Source: Candidatus Eiseniibacteriota bacterium
GTDB taxonomy: Bacteria; Eisenbacteria; RBG-16-71-46; JABDJR01
Direction of reading: 5' to 3'
DNA length: 64,000 bases
Assembly: GCA_963783375.1 (NCBI GenBank)
Contig: CAWANH010000028.1
Span: 1,440,001 to 1,504,000 of the forward strand
Part shown: piece after piece, positions 8,734 to 19,695 of the stretch
How positions within the stretch are numbered: position 1 is the stretch's first letter
Layout of the letters: each line of letters opens with the position of its first letter
Program-made: the position numbers and the translations under genes
Notes under the pieces: generated by a model
Seen by the model: the letters and a program-made list of their open reading frames with translations, nothing else
Databases searched by the model: none
Told to the model about the DNA's origin: nothing

Positions 8734-9210
8734 CTAGGGGGCCTCGGGCGGCGGCGCGTCCCCCGGCAGGGGAGCGTCGGCCCCGCCCGCCGGGTCCCCG
8801 TCCCCGCCGGCGTCCCCCTCCACCTTCCCGGAAGCCGACACGTCCGGGGCCACCCCGTCGTCCTGAAAGCGGTAGATGATCTCGTCGGGGCCGATCATCC
8901 AGTACTTCTCGCGCGCCACCTTCTCCAGGCTGAAGGGGTCGTCCTCCTTGAGCTTCACCTCCTGGACCAGGCGCTCCTGCTCCAGGCGCATGCGGACGTT
9001 CTCCGCGGTCACCTGCTGGAGTTCCTTCCGGAGCTGGATACGGCGGACGATGCCGCGGTCGCCGCCCACGAAGTTGGCGACGTAGACGGCCAGGGCGAGC
9101 GCCACCAGCGCCCAGCGAAAACGCCGGGACGAGGCGAGCCCTTTCCCCTGATATACCGTGCGCAGGTAGCGGTAACGGATCGGCTCGATCCGTTTACGAT
9201 GCGGAACCAA
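8734..9210 (-). CDS. ftsB: Septum formation initiator (FtsB/DivIC family)
   Basis: TM, then GDRG, coiled coil and LEKVAREKYWMIGPDEIIY. Follows eno. TTG 9210 with AGGAGG RBS. Confidence 0.85.
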   Translation of the reverse strand: MVPHRKRIEPIRYRYLRTVYQGKGLASSRRFRWALVALALAVYVANFVGGDRGIVRRIQLRKELQQVTAENVRMRLEQERLVQEVKLKEDDPFSLEKVAREKYWMIGPDEIIYRFQDDGVAPDVSASGKVEGDAGGDGDPAGGADAPLPGDAPPPEAP

Positions 9211-9316
9211 CCGGGTGCCCTCCTGAGTTGGTCCAACCAAACTGAATGCGGTGGAAGGCACTATAGGCCCGACGGAACCCGGAATCAAGCGGCGGCGCGA
9301 AAACCCCCGCCGAGCT

Positions 9317-11002
<1,686 letters not shown>

Positions 11003-11060
11003 CTAGTTTGGCCCGCGGTCCGCGGACGGCGGGGGGGAGCCCCCGAACCCGCCTCGTTCC

Positions 11061-11087
11061 TGCAACCCGGCCGGCCTGGAGTCCGTA
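11061..11087 (+). promoter_or_regulatory. ECF (SigW-type) promoter, probably autoregulatory
   Basis: TGCAAC-N17-CGTA about 30 nt upstream of the sigma gene; resembles the B. subtilis SigW consensus TGAAAC-N16-CGTA. Confidence 0.6.
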
Positions 11088-11116
11088 AATCCAGGCGAGA
11101 GCGGAGGACGCGCGAG

Positions 11117-11713
11117 TTGACGCCCGAGGTGAACGAAGATCGGGAGCTGGTCCTCCGGTGCCTGAAGAACGATCAGGCCGCCTTCGAGCGGCTCCTGGAG
11201 AAATACCGGCGTCCGGTCTACGGGATCGTCCGCCGGATGGTCCGTACCGACGAAGACGCCCAGGACCTGGCCCAGGAAGCGTTCATTCGGGCATTCAAGA
11301 ACCTGAAGCAGTTCGACCCGGACCGGAGGTTTTCGAGTTGGCTCTTTCGTATCGCCAACAACCTGTGCATCGATCACTATCGGCGGCGGAAGCTCAGCAC
11401 GGTGCCGATGGTGCGATCGCCGGACGGGGAGAGCGAGGAGACGTGGGAGTTCCCCGACGACTCGCCCGACCCCGCGGAAGCCTTTTCGGATCGCGAGCGG
11501 AGCCGGCGGCTTCTGGCCGCGGTGGAATCGCTGCCCCCGACCTACCGGGCGGTGATCCTGCTCCGCCATCAACAGGGTCTGGCCTACGAGGAGATCGCGG
11601 AGACCCTCGACGCTCCGCTGGGCACGATCAAGGCCCGTATCCATCGGGCCCACCGGTTGCTCAAGGAGAAGCTCGTGCGACAGGGACTGGACTGGCTCCC
11701 CGAGGAGCACTGA
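11117..11713 (+). CDS. ECF sigma factor, SigW-like
   Basis: DAQDLAQEAFIRAF, FSSWLFRIANNLCIDHYRRR, YEEIAETLDAPLGTIKARIHRA. TTG with GGAGG. Confidence 0.92.
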   Translation: MTPEVNEDRELVLRCLKNDQAAFERLLEKYRRPVYGIVRRMVRTDEDAQDLAQEAFIRAFKNLKQFDPDRRFSSWLFRIANNLCIDHYRRRKLSTVPMVRSPDGESEETWEFPDDSPDPAEAFSDRERSRRLLAAVESLPPTYRAVILLRHQQGLAYEEIAETLDAPLGTIKARIHRAHRLLKEKLVRQGLDWLPEEH

Positions 11714-11720
11714 GGCGGTC

Positions 11721-12356
11721 ATGAACCACGACATCCACGAAACCCATCTTCCGCCCCGGATCCTGGAGCGGTACGTGGACGGCGATCTCGCCGCCGGGCC
11801 GCTGGCCCGGGCGGAGTCGCACCTGGCCGCCTGCGCCGCCTGCCGCCGGGAGACCGGCCGCTTCCGCGCCCTCTTCGCCGATCTCGACCGCCTTCCCATC
11901 CCCGAGCCGCCGCTCGGTTTCGACGTCCGCATCCTGAACGCGGTGATCCGGCGTCCCAGCGAGGAGGCCATCCTCCTCCGCCTGGCCGGCCGGGCCTACG
12001 CGGTGCTCGCCGCCGTTCTCTTCGCCCTGGCCGCGGGCATCTTCCTGGTCGAGGGCCCCGCTCCCTTCGAGAACGCCTTCGCTTCCGCGGTGGCCAGCGG
12101 AGTCAACCGCGGGATCGAGGCCGTCCGGTTCATCGGGGTGAGCTTCCTCGATCTCATGAAAACCGCGCTCCATCTCATCACCCTGGCCGACGCGGCCGGC
12201 GCCCTCGGCCGCGGCCTCGAAGCCGCCGCCACCTCGCTGGCCCCCCAGGTGGTTCTTCTCACGGTGCTGACCCTGTCCCTGGCGACCCTGGTCCTGGTCT
12301 GGGCCCTGTCGCCCGCCCGCGAAAGGGGTGTTCCCCATGTCTCCCTCTCTCTCTAG
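11721..12356 (+). CDS. zf-HC2 anti-sigma factor (RsiW-like)
   Basis: HLAACAAC (HxxxCxxC) plus TM segments; downstream of the sigma gene. Confidence 0.88.
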   Translation: MNHDIHETHLPPRILERYVDGDLAAGPLARAESHLAACAACRRETGRFRALFADLDRLPIPEPPLGFDVRILNAVIRRPSEEAILLRLAGRAYAVLAAVLFALAAGIFLVEGPAPFENAFASAVASGVNRGIEAVRFIGVSFLDLMKTALHLITLADAAGALGRGLEAAATSLAPQVVLLTVLTLSLATLVLVWALSPARERGVPHVSLSL

Positions 12357-13950
12357 GCTCCACCGGATCCGCGCGGCCCGGGCGCTTCTCATCGGAGGCG
12401 CGCTCCTGATCGCTCCGATCTGGGTATTGGGGGCGGCCGCCCAGGGCACCTCGGGGACCGGTGCGGACAGCGCCGAGGCCTCGGCGCCCAAGCACGAGGG
12501 CACCCTCAAGCGGATCCAGTTCCAGGTCGACACCGGCGACTCCTCGCCCACCCGCATCAACATCGACCTGAACCAGGGACGGGTCACCAAGGCCGCCGAC
12601 TACGTCCGGTTCGGCGAGAGCATCCACGTGAAGCCGGACGAGCACATCGCCGGCGACGTGGTCTCGATCGGCGGGAACGTCACCGTCGAGGGAGCGGTGA
12701 GCGGCGATTGCGTGGCGGTGGGGGGGCGGATCGAGATGACCCCCGGGGCCACCGTGGCCGGGAACGTGGTCTCGGTGGGGGGGAGCGTCACCCTCGACGA
12801 CTCCACCGAAGTGGGCGAGGACGCGGTGAGCGTGTGGGGGAGCCTCGACGTGGCCCCCACCGCCAAGGTCCACGGGGAGCAGGTGGAGGTGAGCGGCCTG
12901 GGGCTGAACTTCCCCTTCGCCGCCATGACGGGAGCGGGGCAGCACGGGTTCGGCCACGACGTCTGGCGGTTCCTCCGTCGGCTCATCTGGGTGCTGGTCC
13001 TGGTCGGGCTCGGCCTTCTGGCCTTCCAGATCTTTCCCGGCCGCATGCGCCGGCTCTCGGATACCGCGGGGGAGCGCGGTCTGGTCGCGTTCCTGGCCGG
13101 CTTCGCCGGGTGGATCCTCTGGCTTCCCGCTTTCCTGATTCTCTGCGTCACCATCATCGGGATCCCGGTGGCCATCCTGCTCCTATTCCTCACCCCGCTG
13201 GTCACCCTGCTTGGCTACATCGCGGTGGCCGAATCGGCGGGACGCCGGATCTCGCACCGCTTCGGAGGCGCGGTCCCGGGCTCGGCCAAGGCGGTCTTCC
13301 TGGGGGTGCTGGGGCTGGAGGGGGCGCTCCTGGTGGCCCGGCTCCTGGCGGTTTTCGGCTCCATCTTCAGCTTCATCGGCTGGATCCTGGCCATGGTCGG
13401 CTACTGCGTGATCTTCATCGCGTTGACCATGGGTTTCGGGGCGTTCCTGATGAGCCGCTTCCGCGCGCCGGCCACCGAACCGCTGAACGCGATCCCGCCG
13501 CCCGCGTCTCCGCCGCCGGAGGGGCCGGGCGCGCCGCTGGTTTCTCCCACGCCGCCGACCCCTCCCGTCGCGCCGGCTTCGCCGCCGCCGCCACCCGGGC
13601 CCTCGGCTCATTCCGCGCCGCCTTCCTCGCCGGGGGCGGGGACCCGTCCCCCGGACCCGCGCCCGGTGGACCCCCAGAAGGCCCAGGCCCTCCTGGAGGA
13701 ACTCCTCCAGCTGGACCGGGAGTTCGCCGCCCAGGAAGGGAAGTTCATGGTGGCGGCCCAGCCCGCGCGGCAGGCCATGGCCCATGCGCGGATCGCGTCG
13801 GAGGGCTTCAGCCGGAGCGGCAGCTTCCGAGCCGACGACATGGGCCTCTTGGAGTCGGCGAGGAACATGCTCCGCTCCGGGCAGTCGGTCATCATGCTGG
13901 CCGATCCCGAGGACCCGAGGTACTTCGTCCTCTGGAAGCGGATGTCGTGA
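12328..13950 (+). CDS. Bactofilin-like (polymer-forming) beta-helix membrane protein with Pro-rich linker
   Basis: Repeats GDVVSIGGNVTVEGAVSGDCVAVGG, several TMs, Pro-rich tract. Confidence 0.75.
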   Translation: MFPMSPSLSRLHRIRAARALLIGGALLIAPIWVLGAAAQGTSGTGADSAEASAPKHEGTLKRIQFQVDTGDSSPTRINIDLNQGRVTKAADYVRFGESIHVKPDEHIAGDVVSIGGNVTVEGAVSGDCVAVGGRIEMTPGATVAGNVVSVGGSVTLDDSTEVGEDAVSVWGSLDVAPTAKVHGEQVEVSGLGLNFPFAAMTGAGQHGFGHDVWRFLRRLIWVLVLVGLGLLAFQIFPGRMRRLSDTAGERGLVAFLAGFAGWILWLPAFLILCVTIIGIPVAILLLFLTPLVTLLGYIAVAESAGRRISHRFGGAVPGSAKAVFLGVLGLEGALLVARLLAVFGSIFSFIGWILAMVGYCVIFIALTMGFGAFLMSRFRAPATEPLNAIPPPASPPPEGPGAPLVSPTPPTPPVAPASPPPPPGPSAHSAPPSSPGAGTRPPDPRPVDPQKAQALLEELLQLDREFAAQEGKFMVAAQPARQAMAHARIASEGFSRSGSFRADDMGLLESARNMLRSGQSVIMLADPEDPRYFVLWKRMS

Positions 13951-14870
13951 CCCGGCCGGGGACCGGAGGCCGCCCGACCGGGCCCCGTCTCCAGGCCACG
14001 GACGTCCGCGCGCGTTGTGTCATCGCGACGGCCATGGTCCTTCCCGCCGCCTCCGCGCGGGCGCTTGTGATTTCCGCGGCGGCCATGGTTCTCCTCGTTG
14101 CCGTCGCGCCCGCCGCCACCTGGCGGGTTCCCCGGGACGAACCGACCCTGGACCGGGCCATGCTCCGCGCCTACTCCGGAGACACCGTCCAGGTCGCGCC
14201 CGGGGTCTACCCGGGCCCGCTCACCGTGAAGGGTGGGGTGCGCCTGGAAGGGGTCATGGGCCCCGCTCTCACCGTGATCACCGCCGGGAAAGGCGAGACC
14301 GCGGTCACCGTCCTCCCCGGCGGGTCCGCCACCGCCCTGGTCGGCTTCACCGTCCGGGGCGGGTTGGTCGGGGTCGATCTCCAGAACGGCGTGGTCGCCC
14401 TCTGGAACGTGGATGTGGCGGAGAGCGACTCGATGGGAGTGCGCTGCGGGCCGGAGGGCCACCTCCGCCTCTTCGCCTCCACGGTTTCCCGCGCTCCGGT
14501 CGGGGTGGACCTCGAGCCCGGCGCCGACGGCCTGGTGATGAGGAACACCTTCGAGCGGTGCGGGGTCGGGGTGCGCGCGGCGGCGGACGGAGCGCGCGTC
14601 TTCCGGAACATCTTCGCCGGGAACGACGTGGGGGTGGAGGTCACGGGAAAGATCGCGGTCGTGGTGGGTGGGGCGTCGCGGGAAGCCAACGACTTCCTTC
14701 CCGGTAACCGCATCGCGGTGCGCGCCTCCCCCGAGGCCTCGGTGGAGGCGGGCAACAACTGGTGGGGGAGCGCGAACTGCGATTCCATCCGCGCCCGCAT
14801 CCAGGGTCCGGTGACCTTCCTCCCCTTCGTGGACGCCGACCACGGCCACCCGGTGGATTCCTGCCCCTAG
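13947..14870 (+). CDS. Secreted right-handed beta-helix (NosD/pectin-lyase-like) protein
   Basis: GDTVQVAPGVY, GFTVRGG, NNWWG; start uncertain (GTG 13947 overlapping the upstream stop, or ATG 14034). Confidence 0.75.
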   Translation: MTRPGTGGRPTGPRLQATDVRARCVIATAMVLPAASARALVISAAAMVLLVAVAPAATWRVPRDEPTLDRAMLRAYSGDTVQVAPGVYPGPLTVKGGVRLEGVMGPALTVITAGKGETAVTVLPGGSATALVGFTVRGGLVGVDLQNGVVALWNVDVAESDSMGVRCGPEGHLRLFASTVSRAPVGVDLEPGADGLVMRNTFERCGVGVRAAADGARVFRNIFAGNDVGVEVTGKIAVVVGGASREANDFLPGNRIAVRASPEASVEAGNNWWGSANCDSIRARIQGPVTFLPFVDADHGHPVDSCP

Positions 14871-15095
14871 ATTGAAGGCCGAAGCGGCTCCGGCACTTTA
14901 GCTCGAACCGCGTATCGACCCGGCGGTTTGGGAACCTTCCCCCAGCGAGATGGGCCCCCTCGCCCAATCGGCGGATTTCCGCCGCGTCCGCCGGGGGACC
15001 CAAGAGCTCCGCAATGCCCGGTCAACCCGTTTCCGGACAGGCCATTGGCGCGGTTTCAGCCGCCCCATATCCGCTTCCCCGAGGTGCAGTTTGCA

Positions 15096-15110
15096 TGGCA
15101 CGGCGCTTGC
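15096..15110 (+). promoter_or_regulatory. sigma54 promoter (-24/-12)
   Basis: TGGCAC-GGCGC-TTGC, exact consensus, intergenic. Confidence 0.75.
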
Positions 15111-15123
15111 GGATTGGGGGGGC

Positions 15124-16167
15124 ATGAAGCTCCAGCGCGTCCCCACTTGTTACGCAGCGCCACGAGGCGACAGGCGTGTCCGGAGCCCGCTTCCGGGGCT
15201 CCTCTTCCTCCTCGCGGTATTGATCCCGTCGGCACCTGCTGCCGCCGCGGTCACCGTCCATGCCGCGAACGAGGTGCTCGCCGACTGGACGGTGCATCAT
15301 GGGGACGCGCTCTTCTTTCATGGTCCCCAGAGCGAGGAATGGGAGTTCGTCACCGACATCGCCGATCCGGTGATCGCGAACAAGGGAATGGGGGGGTTCT
15401 TCCCGCCCCACGCCGACGCGGTCCGGGAAGCGATCGAGGCGGTGAGCTACCCGCTCAACGCGATCGACCTCGAGGTATTCATCCTGCCCTATCCACGTCG
15501 CGACCTACTGCCCTCCAACGCCGGGGAGAGATGCATCTATCTCTCTCCCGGCGTGGCCCCCATATCCAGCCAGCAGCTCCATGCACTCGTGGCGCATGAG
15601 TTGGGGCACATCGTGCAGCACCAGCTCCTGCCCGACGGTGACCGCGGAGGGTGGGCCGACTACCGTGCCCTCCGCGGGATCACCGACGGTTCGATCTACA
15701 ACCAGAACGCCATCCATCGGGACCGCCCCCACGAGATTTTCGCCGAGGACTTCCGCTTCCTTTTCGGGGGCGCCCTGGCCAACTACTCGGGGAGCATCGA
15801 GAACCCCGGGCTGGCCCTGCCGAGCCGCGTGCCCGGCCTACGCGACTTCCTTCTGGGGATCCCCAACTCGATCGCTTCGGTGGGCGACCTTCCCGTCCGC
15901 CGGGAGCTTCACCTCTTCCCGAACCCCACCCGGGGCGCGGTCACCATCACCTTCGCCGAAGCCTCGCCGGAGGCGGGTGCGCCGCTCACTCTCCAGGTCT
16001 TCGACGTCCAGGGCCGGGAAGTGGCCCGGCGCGAGATCGTGGCCGGGGGGTTGGCGGGATGGGACGGCCGGAGCGACGCCGGAGCGGCCGCCCCGCCCGG
16101 GATCTACTTCGTGCGCGTGAGCCGGGACCGCGACGCCTGGACCGGAAAGATCCTGGTCGCGCCGTAG
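15124..16167 (+). CDS. Secreted HEXXH metallopeptidase-like protein with T9SS-type/FlgD C-terminal domain
   Basis: AHELGH...EIFAEDF; C-terminus FPNP...VFDVQGREV...WDGR...PGIYFVRV...KILV. Confidence 0.8.
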   Translation: MKLQRVPTCYAAPRGDRRVRSPLPGLLFLLAVLIPSAPAAAAVTVHAANEVLADWTVHHGDALFFHGPQSEEWEFVTDIADPVIANKGMGGFFPPHADAVREAIEAVSYPLNAIDLEVFILPYPRRDLLPSNAGERCIYLSPGVAPISSQQLHALVAHELGHIVQHQLLPDGDRGGWADYRALRGITDGSIYNQNAIHRDRPHEIFAEDFRFLFGGALANYSGSIENPGLALPSRVPGLRDFLLGIPNSIASVGDLPVRRELHLFPNPTRGAVTITFAEASPEAGAPLTLQVFDVQGREVARREIVAGGLAGWDGRSDAGAAAPPGIYFVRVSRDRDAWTGKILVAP

Positions 16168-16261
16168 GTTCCCCCTCCCGCTTGCCGGCCACGGGTCGGC
16201 TTTCGGTACGCCCTCCGCCGGTTGTTCGCGAGGTACCCCTTTCGTGAGGCGGCCCGCCGGT

Positions 16262-16580
16262 GGGGTCGCGCTAAATTCTTTATTGCGAACATTGCTTCCC
16301 CGGGGAAGCACGGCGACCACCACATCGCTTGTGGGATCAAGCCGGTGGACGCGGGGCTGGTCACCGGGCTGCTTTGTCGGTGACGTCGCATTAAAGAATT
16401 TTTCGCGAACATCTTGCACCCGGGTGCAAACCGGTTCACCCGGGTGAACTTCGGGTGCGCGGCCGCGGGATGGCCGGCTCGTCCGCGGGGTCGCACTAGA
16501 GTCTTTATTGTGAACATTGCCTCCCCGGGGACACATGCAATCACGTCCGCTGCTGCATTTCCCAGTTCACCCGGGTAAAC
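16262..16580. repeat. Cluster of three imperfect ~46-49 bp repeats with CCCGGG-centred palindromes
   Basis: Copies at 16262-16310, 16385-16430 and 16487-16535 share GTCGC..TA.A...TTT.T.G.GAACAT. Palindromes TGCTTCCCCGGGGAAGCA, TTGCACCCGGGTGCAA, GTTCACCCGGGTGAAC. Confidence 0.75.
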
Positions 16581-16757
16581 TCTCATGGTCCTGGTTGATT
16601 GAATTCGCGTTTCAGTCCATCCCTGTTGCGGCGCGGTCCCGCCGGGCCACCGTTCTCCGCCGCTGGAGGCCCCACCGATGTTCGGTTGCCGGCGCATCAT
16701 GCCGACCTGGCCGCCAAGCCCGACTTCACCGCCGCTTTGCCGAGGCCGGGAGGTTTG

Positions 16758-19124
16758 GTGAAACCGCCGACCCTCTTCCTGGCGGGGGTGCTGCCTCTCG
16801 TGGCTCTCCTCTGGGGATGCTCCGGCAAGTCCCCCGGCCCCGATGTCACCCCCCCTTCGATCCCGGGCGCGCTTCACGTGGCTGCCGCCAACGACACCAC
16901 CATCACCCTGGCCTGGACCGCGCCCGGGAACGACGGGGACCGCGGCCAGGCCGCCCGCTACGACCTCCGGATGCACCCGGACACCCCGGCCGCCCCCTGG
17001 GACTCCGCCCAGGCGGTGGAGGGCCTGCCCGCCCCGCAGCCGGCCGGCCAGGCCGAGTCGTTCACGGTGGGGGGCCTGGCCACCAACCACGTCTACGTCT
17101 TCGCCCTCCGGGCCTTCGACGGGGCGGAGAACGCCTCGCCTTTCAGTGATCCCGTCCAGGGGGAGACCGGGGACCCGGCTCCGCCAGGGGCGGTGACCGA
17201 CCTCCGGACCCTGGACCTCCAGCCCCACGCGGTCACCCTGGGGTTCACCGCCCCCGGGGACGACGGAGCCCAGGGGACCGCCGCCGCCTACGTGGTCCGG
17301 AGGTCTCCGGACCCCATCACCGAAGCCACCTGGCCCGGGGCGGACTCCCTGGCCCTGGCCATCCCGCCCCGGCCGGGGGGAGACACGGTGGAGGTCCGGA
17401 TCACCGGCCTCCAGCCGGGGACCACGGCCCACTACGCCGTCCGGGCCCGGGACGACGCGGGGAAGGAAGGCCCCGTCTCGAACGACCTGGAGGTGGATCT
17501 CCCCCCCGACACGGTACCCCCGGCGGGGATCACCGACCTCGCCGCCCGGCCGGCGGGCCCCTACAAGGTGGCCTTGACGTGGACGGCGCCGGGGAACGAC
17601 GGGAGCGAGGGCCGGGCCGCGAGCTACAAGGTGCGCTACGCGAACGCTCTGATCACCGAGGTGACGTGGGAGTCGGCATCCCGGGCCTCGGGGACTCCCC
17701 CGGAACCCGGGCCGGCGGGGGAGCGGGACAGCATGACGGTGCTGGTGCTCGAGGGGGGGACGCCGGTCTGGCTGGCGGTCCGGAGCCTGGATGAGGCGGG
17801 GAACCGGAGCGGGGTGTCGAACGGGGCGACGGTGGTCCCGGAGGGGGCGGCCCGGACGTGGGAGGTGAGGGTGGACGGGACAGGGAACGCTCCGACGATC
17901 CAGGCGGCGATCGACAGCGCCGCGGACGGGGACGAGGTGCTGGTGGACCCGGGGACGTACTACGAGAACCTTGTCATCGATGGAAAGCAGCTGACTCTCA
18001 GATCGTCGCAAGGTGCCGAGGTCACGGTGATCGACGGTAGTGGAGAGACTGAGTCTGTCATTCATTGCCTGAACGGGGCCGGGGCGGAGGTGATCATCGA
18101 GGGGTTCACGATAACCGGAGGGTCGGGGAGCAAGATCCGATCGTCGGACATCTACGGCTACGGAGGAGGGATTCTCTGTGTTCGCTACAGCCCGATCATC
18201 ATCCGCAACATCATATCTGAGAACAAGGCAACTGGCTCGGCAGGTGGTGGCGGAGGGATCTTGACGACCCACGATGGGAACGGAGTCGAGGTGCAGATTG
18301 AGGACAACATTATCCAGAATAATGAAGCAGGTGGAAATGGCGGGGGCATAATCATTGCGCACTTTCAGCCATGCAGCCTGACGGGCAACACGATCACGGG
18401 CAATCGAACGCTTCACGGAGACGGTGGTGGAGTCTATGTGAGCGTCCCCTACATAGATTTGAGCATTAGCCGAAATCTTATCGTAGACAATGACGCGTAC
18501 GACCATGGCGGAGGCATTCAAGTTAGCACAGAACAGCCTCGCCAGAGTCGGATCGACATTACCAATAATCTCATCGTCAACAACCATGCAAGAGGGTTGG
18601 ATGCGTACGTCCTTGTCCACGACTGCCGGGGTGGAGGAATCTGGCTAGAAGGCTCGGGTCACATTGCCGGGAACACCTTCGCCTTCAACTCGGCTGACAC
18701 CCCGTTCGTGTACCCCGACGCCGGATGCGTCTGCCTGCTGGACTCCACGCCTCTCATGACCCTGGTCGAGCGGAACATCATCTACAAGAACAACGGCGGA
18801 GGGGTATCGACCTACGCGTTCAACGGAGACCCCTACCAGGCAACCCTCCGGGACAACCTGATCTACGCCAATACCGATAACCCGATCTCGGTCACAAACT
18901 CGAACTACACCCTCGACCAGGAGGGAAACCTGTTCGTGGATCCCCTGTTCTGCGAGGATGATGTGGGGACGGACGGCTCCCTCGGCGCCACTTCTCCGGC
19001 GCTCAATCATTCTGGCGGAACCATCGGGGCGGTCCCAACCCCCGGGTGCAACGGAGCCACCCAGACGCAGAACACGTGGGCCCGAATCAAGTCGCAGTAT
19101 CTGTCTGCCCCCGAAGGTCAGTAG
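16758..19124 (+). CDS. Lipoprotein with three Fn3 domains, right-handed beta-helix and C-terminal TWxxIKxxY motif
   Basis: Lipobox LLWGC; three LxWTAPGND-type Fn3 repeats; TIQAAIDSA..GDEVLVDPGTYYEN; tail NTWARIKSQY. Confidence 0.85.
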   Translation: MKPPTLFLAGVLPLVALLWGCSGKSPGPDVTPPSIPGALHVAAANDTTITLAWTAPGNDGDRGQAARYDLRMHPDTPAAPWDSAQAVEGLPAPQPAGQAESFTVGGLATNHVYVFALRAFDGAENASPFSDPVQGETGDPAPPGAVTDLRTLDLQPHAVTLGFTAPGDDGAQGTAAAYVVRRSPDPITEATWPGADSLALAIPPRPGGDTVEVRITGLQPGTTAHYAVRARDDAGKEGPVSNDLEVDLPPDTVPPAGITDLAARPAGPYKVALTWTAPGNDGSEGRAASYKVRYANALITEVTWESASRASGTPPEPGPAGERDSMTVLVLEGGTPVWLAVRSLDEAGNRSGVSNGATVVPEGAARTWEVRVDGTGNAPTIQAAIDSAADGDEVLVDPGTYYENLVIDGKQLTLRSSQGAEVTVIDGSGETESVIHCLNGAGAEVIIEGFTITGGSGSKIRSSDIYGYGGGILCVRYSPIIIRNIISENKATGSAGGGGGILTTHDGNGVEVQIEDNIIQNNEAGGNGGGIIIAHFQPCSLTGNTITGNRTLHGDGGGVYVSVPYIDLSISRNLIVDNDAYDHGGGIQVSTEQPRQSRIDITNNLIVNNHARGLDAYVLVHDCRGGGIWLEGSGHIAGNTFAFNSADTPFVYPDAGCVCLLDSTPLMTLVERNIIYKNNGGGVSTYAFNGDPYQATLRDNLIYANTDNPISVTNSNYTLDQEGNLFVDPLFCEDDVGTDGSLGATSPALNHSGGTIGAVPTPGCNGATQTQNTWARIKSQYLSAPEGQ

Positions 19125-19133
19125 TGCCCAGCG

Positions 19134-19460
19134 TCAGGCTGCCTTCGCAGGAGTTGCAATGACGCGGGCGACTTCCTTCCGCGTTGCGCCCAGGATGAGC
19201 AGGGCTCTCACGAGCAGATCCAGAGAGACCGTGGGGTCGGCTGCCTCCATCTTGGCCACCCGCGACTGACTCGACTCCAGCATCTTAGCCAGGGCGGTTT
19301 GAGTGAGTCCCATTCTCATCCTTCGGTTCTGCAGACCCCGGGAGAGGGCCAGCCTCATCTCGACCAGAGCGGCTTCCTCGGCAGTGAGTTCGAGGAAGTC
19401 CTCGGCGGAACCGATGGTCCAGCCGGCCTTCTCGAGGAGCGCTTTCTTCGATTTCTTCAT
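19134..19460 (-). CDS. XRE-family HTH antitoxin (HigA-like)
   Basis: GLTQTALAKMLESSQSRVAKMEAADPTVSLDLL; overlaps the stop of the upstream toxin fragment. Confidence 0.88.
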   Translation of the reverse strand: MKKSKKALLEKAGWTIGSAEDFLELTAEEAALVEMRLALSRGLQNRRMRMGLTQTALAKMLESSQSRVAKMEAADPTVSLDLLVRALLILGATRKEVARVIATPAKAA

Positions 19461-19558
19461 TTCACAGGCTCGTCGTACAGGCGCAACCGCCGTTTGCAGT
19501 TCTCGATGACGGCCACCGGTGTCGTCTCGGTCTTCTTGGAAAATACCTCCAGGATCAG
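19457..19558 (-). pseudogene. 3' remnant of RelE/HigB (Gp49-like) toxin
   Basis: LILEVFSKKTETTPVAVIENCKRRLRLYDE matches the C-terminus of this toxin family; the N-terminal part is absent. Confidence 0.7.
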
Positions 19559-19585
19559 ATATGTCAAATATGACATATTTGTCAA
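19559..19585 (-). promoter_or_regulatory. TA promoter -35 with palindromic operator
   Basis: TTGACA (19585-19580) next to the perfect inverted repeat ATATGTCA-AATA-TGACATAT (19559-19578). Confidence 0.7.
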
Positions 19586-19695
19586 GCCTTCAAACCGCTC
19601 GAACCCACCTACCCCGGGAGTGGAGGCGTGGACCGGGAGGAAACCCCGCAAGGGAGAGCCCGCGTGGGAAGGAGACCGCGGGGAACCTGTCCGCG

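Noticed and set aside
16262-16535. CRISPR array or integron attC array
   Set aside because: Only three divergent units with uneven spacing (120 and 105 nt), no cas or integrase genes, and no clear attC core sites.
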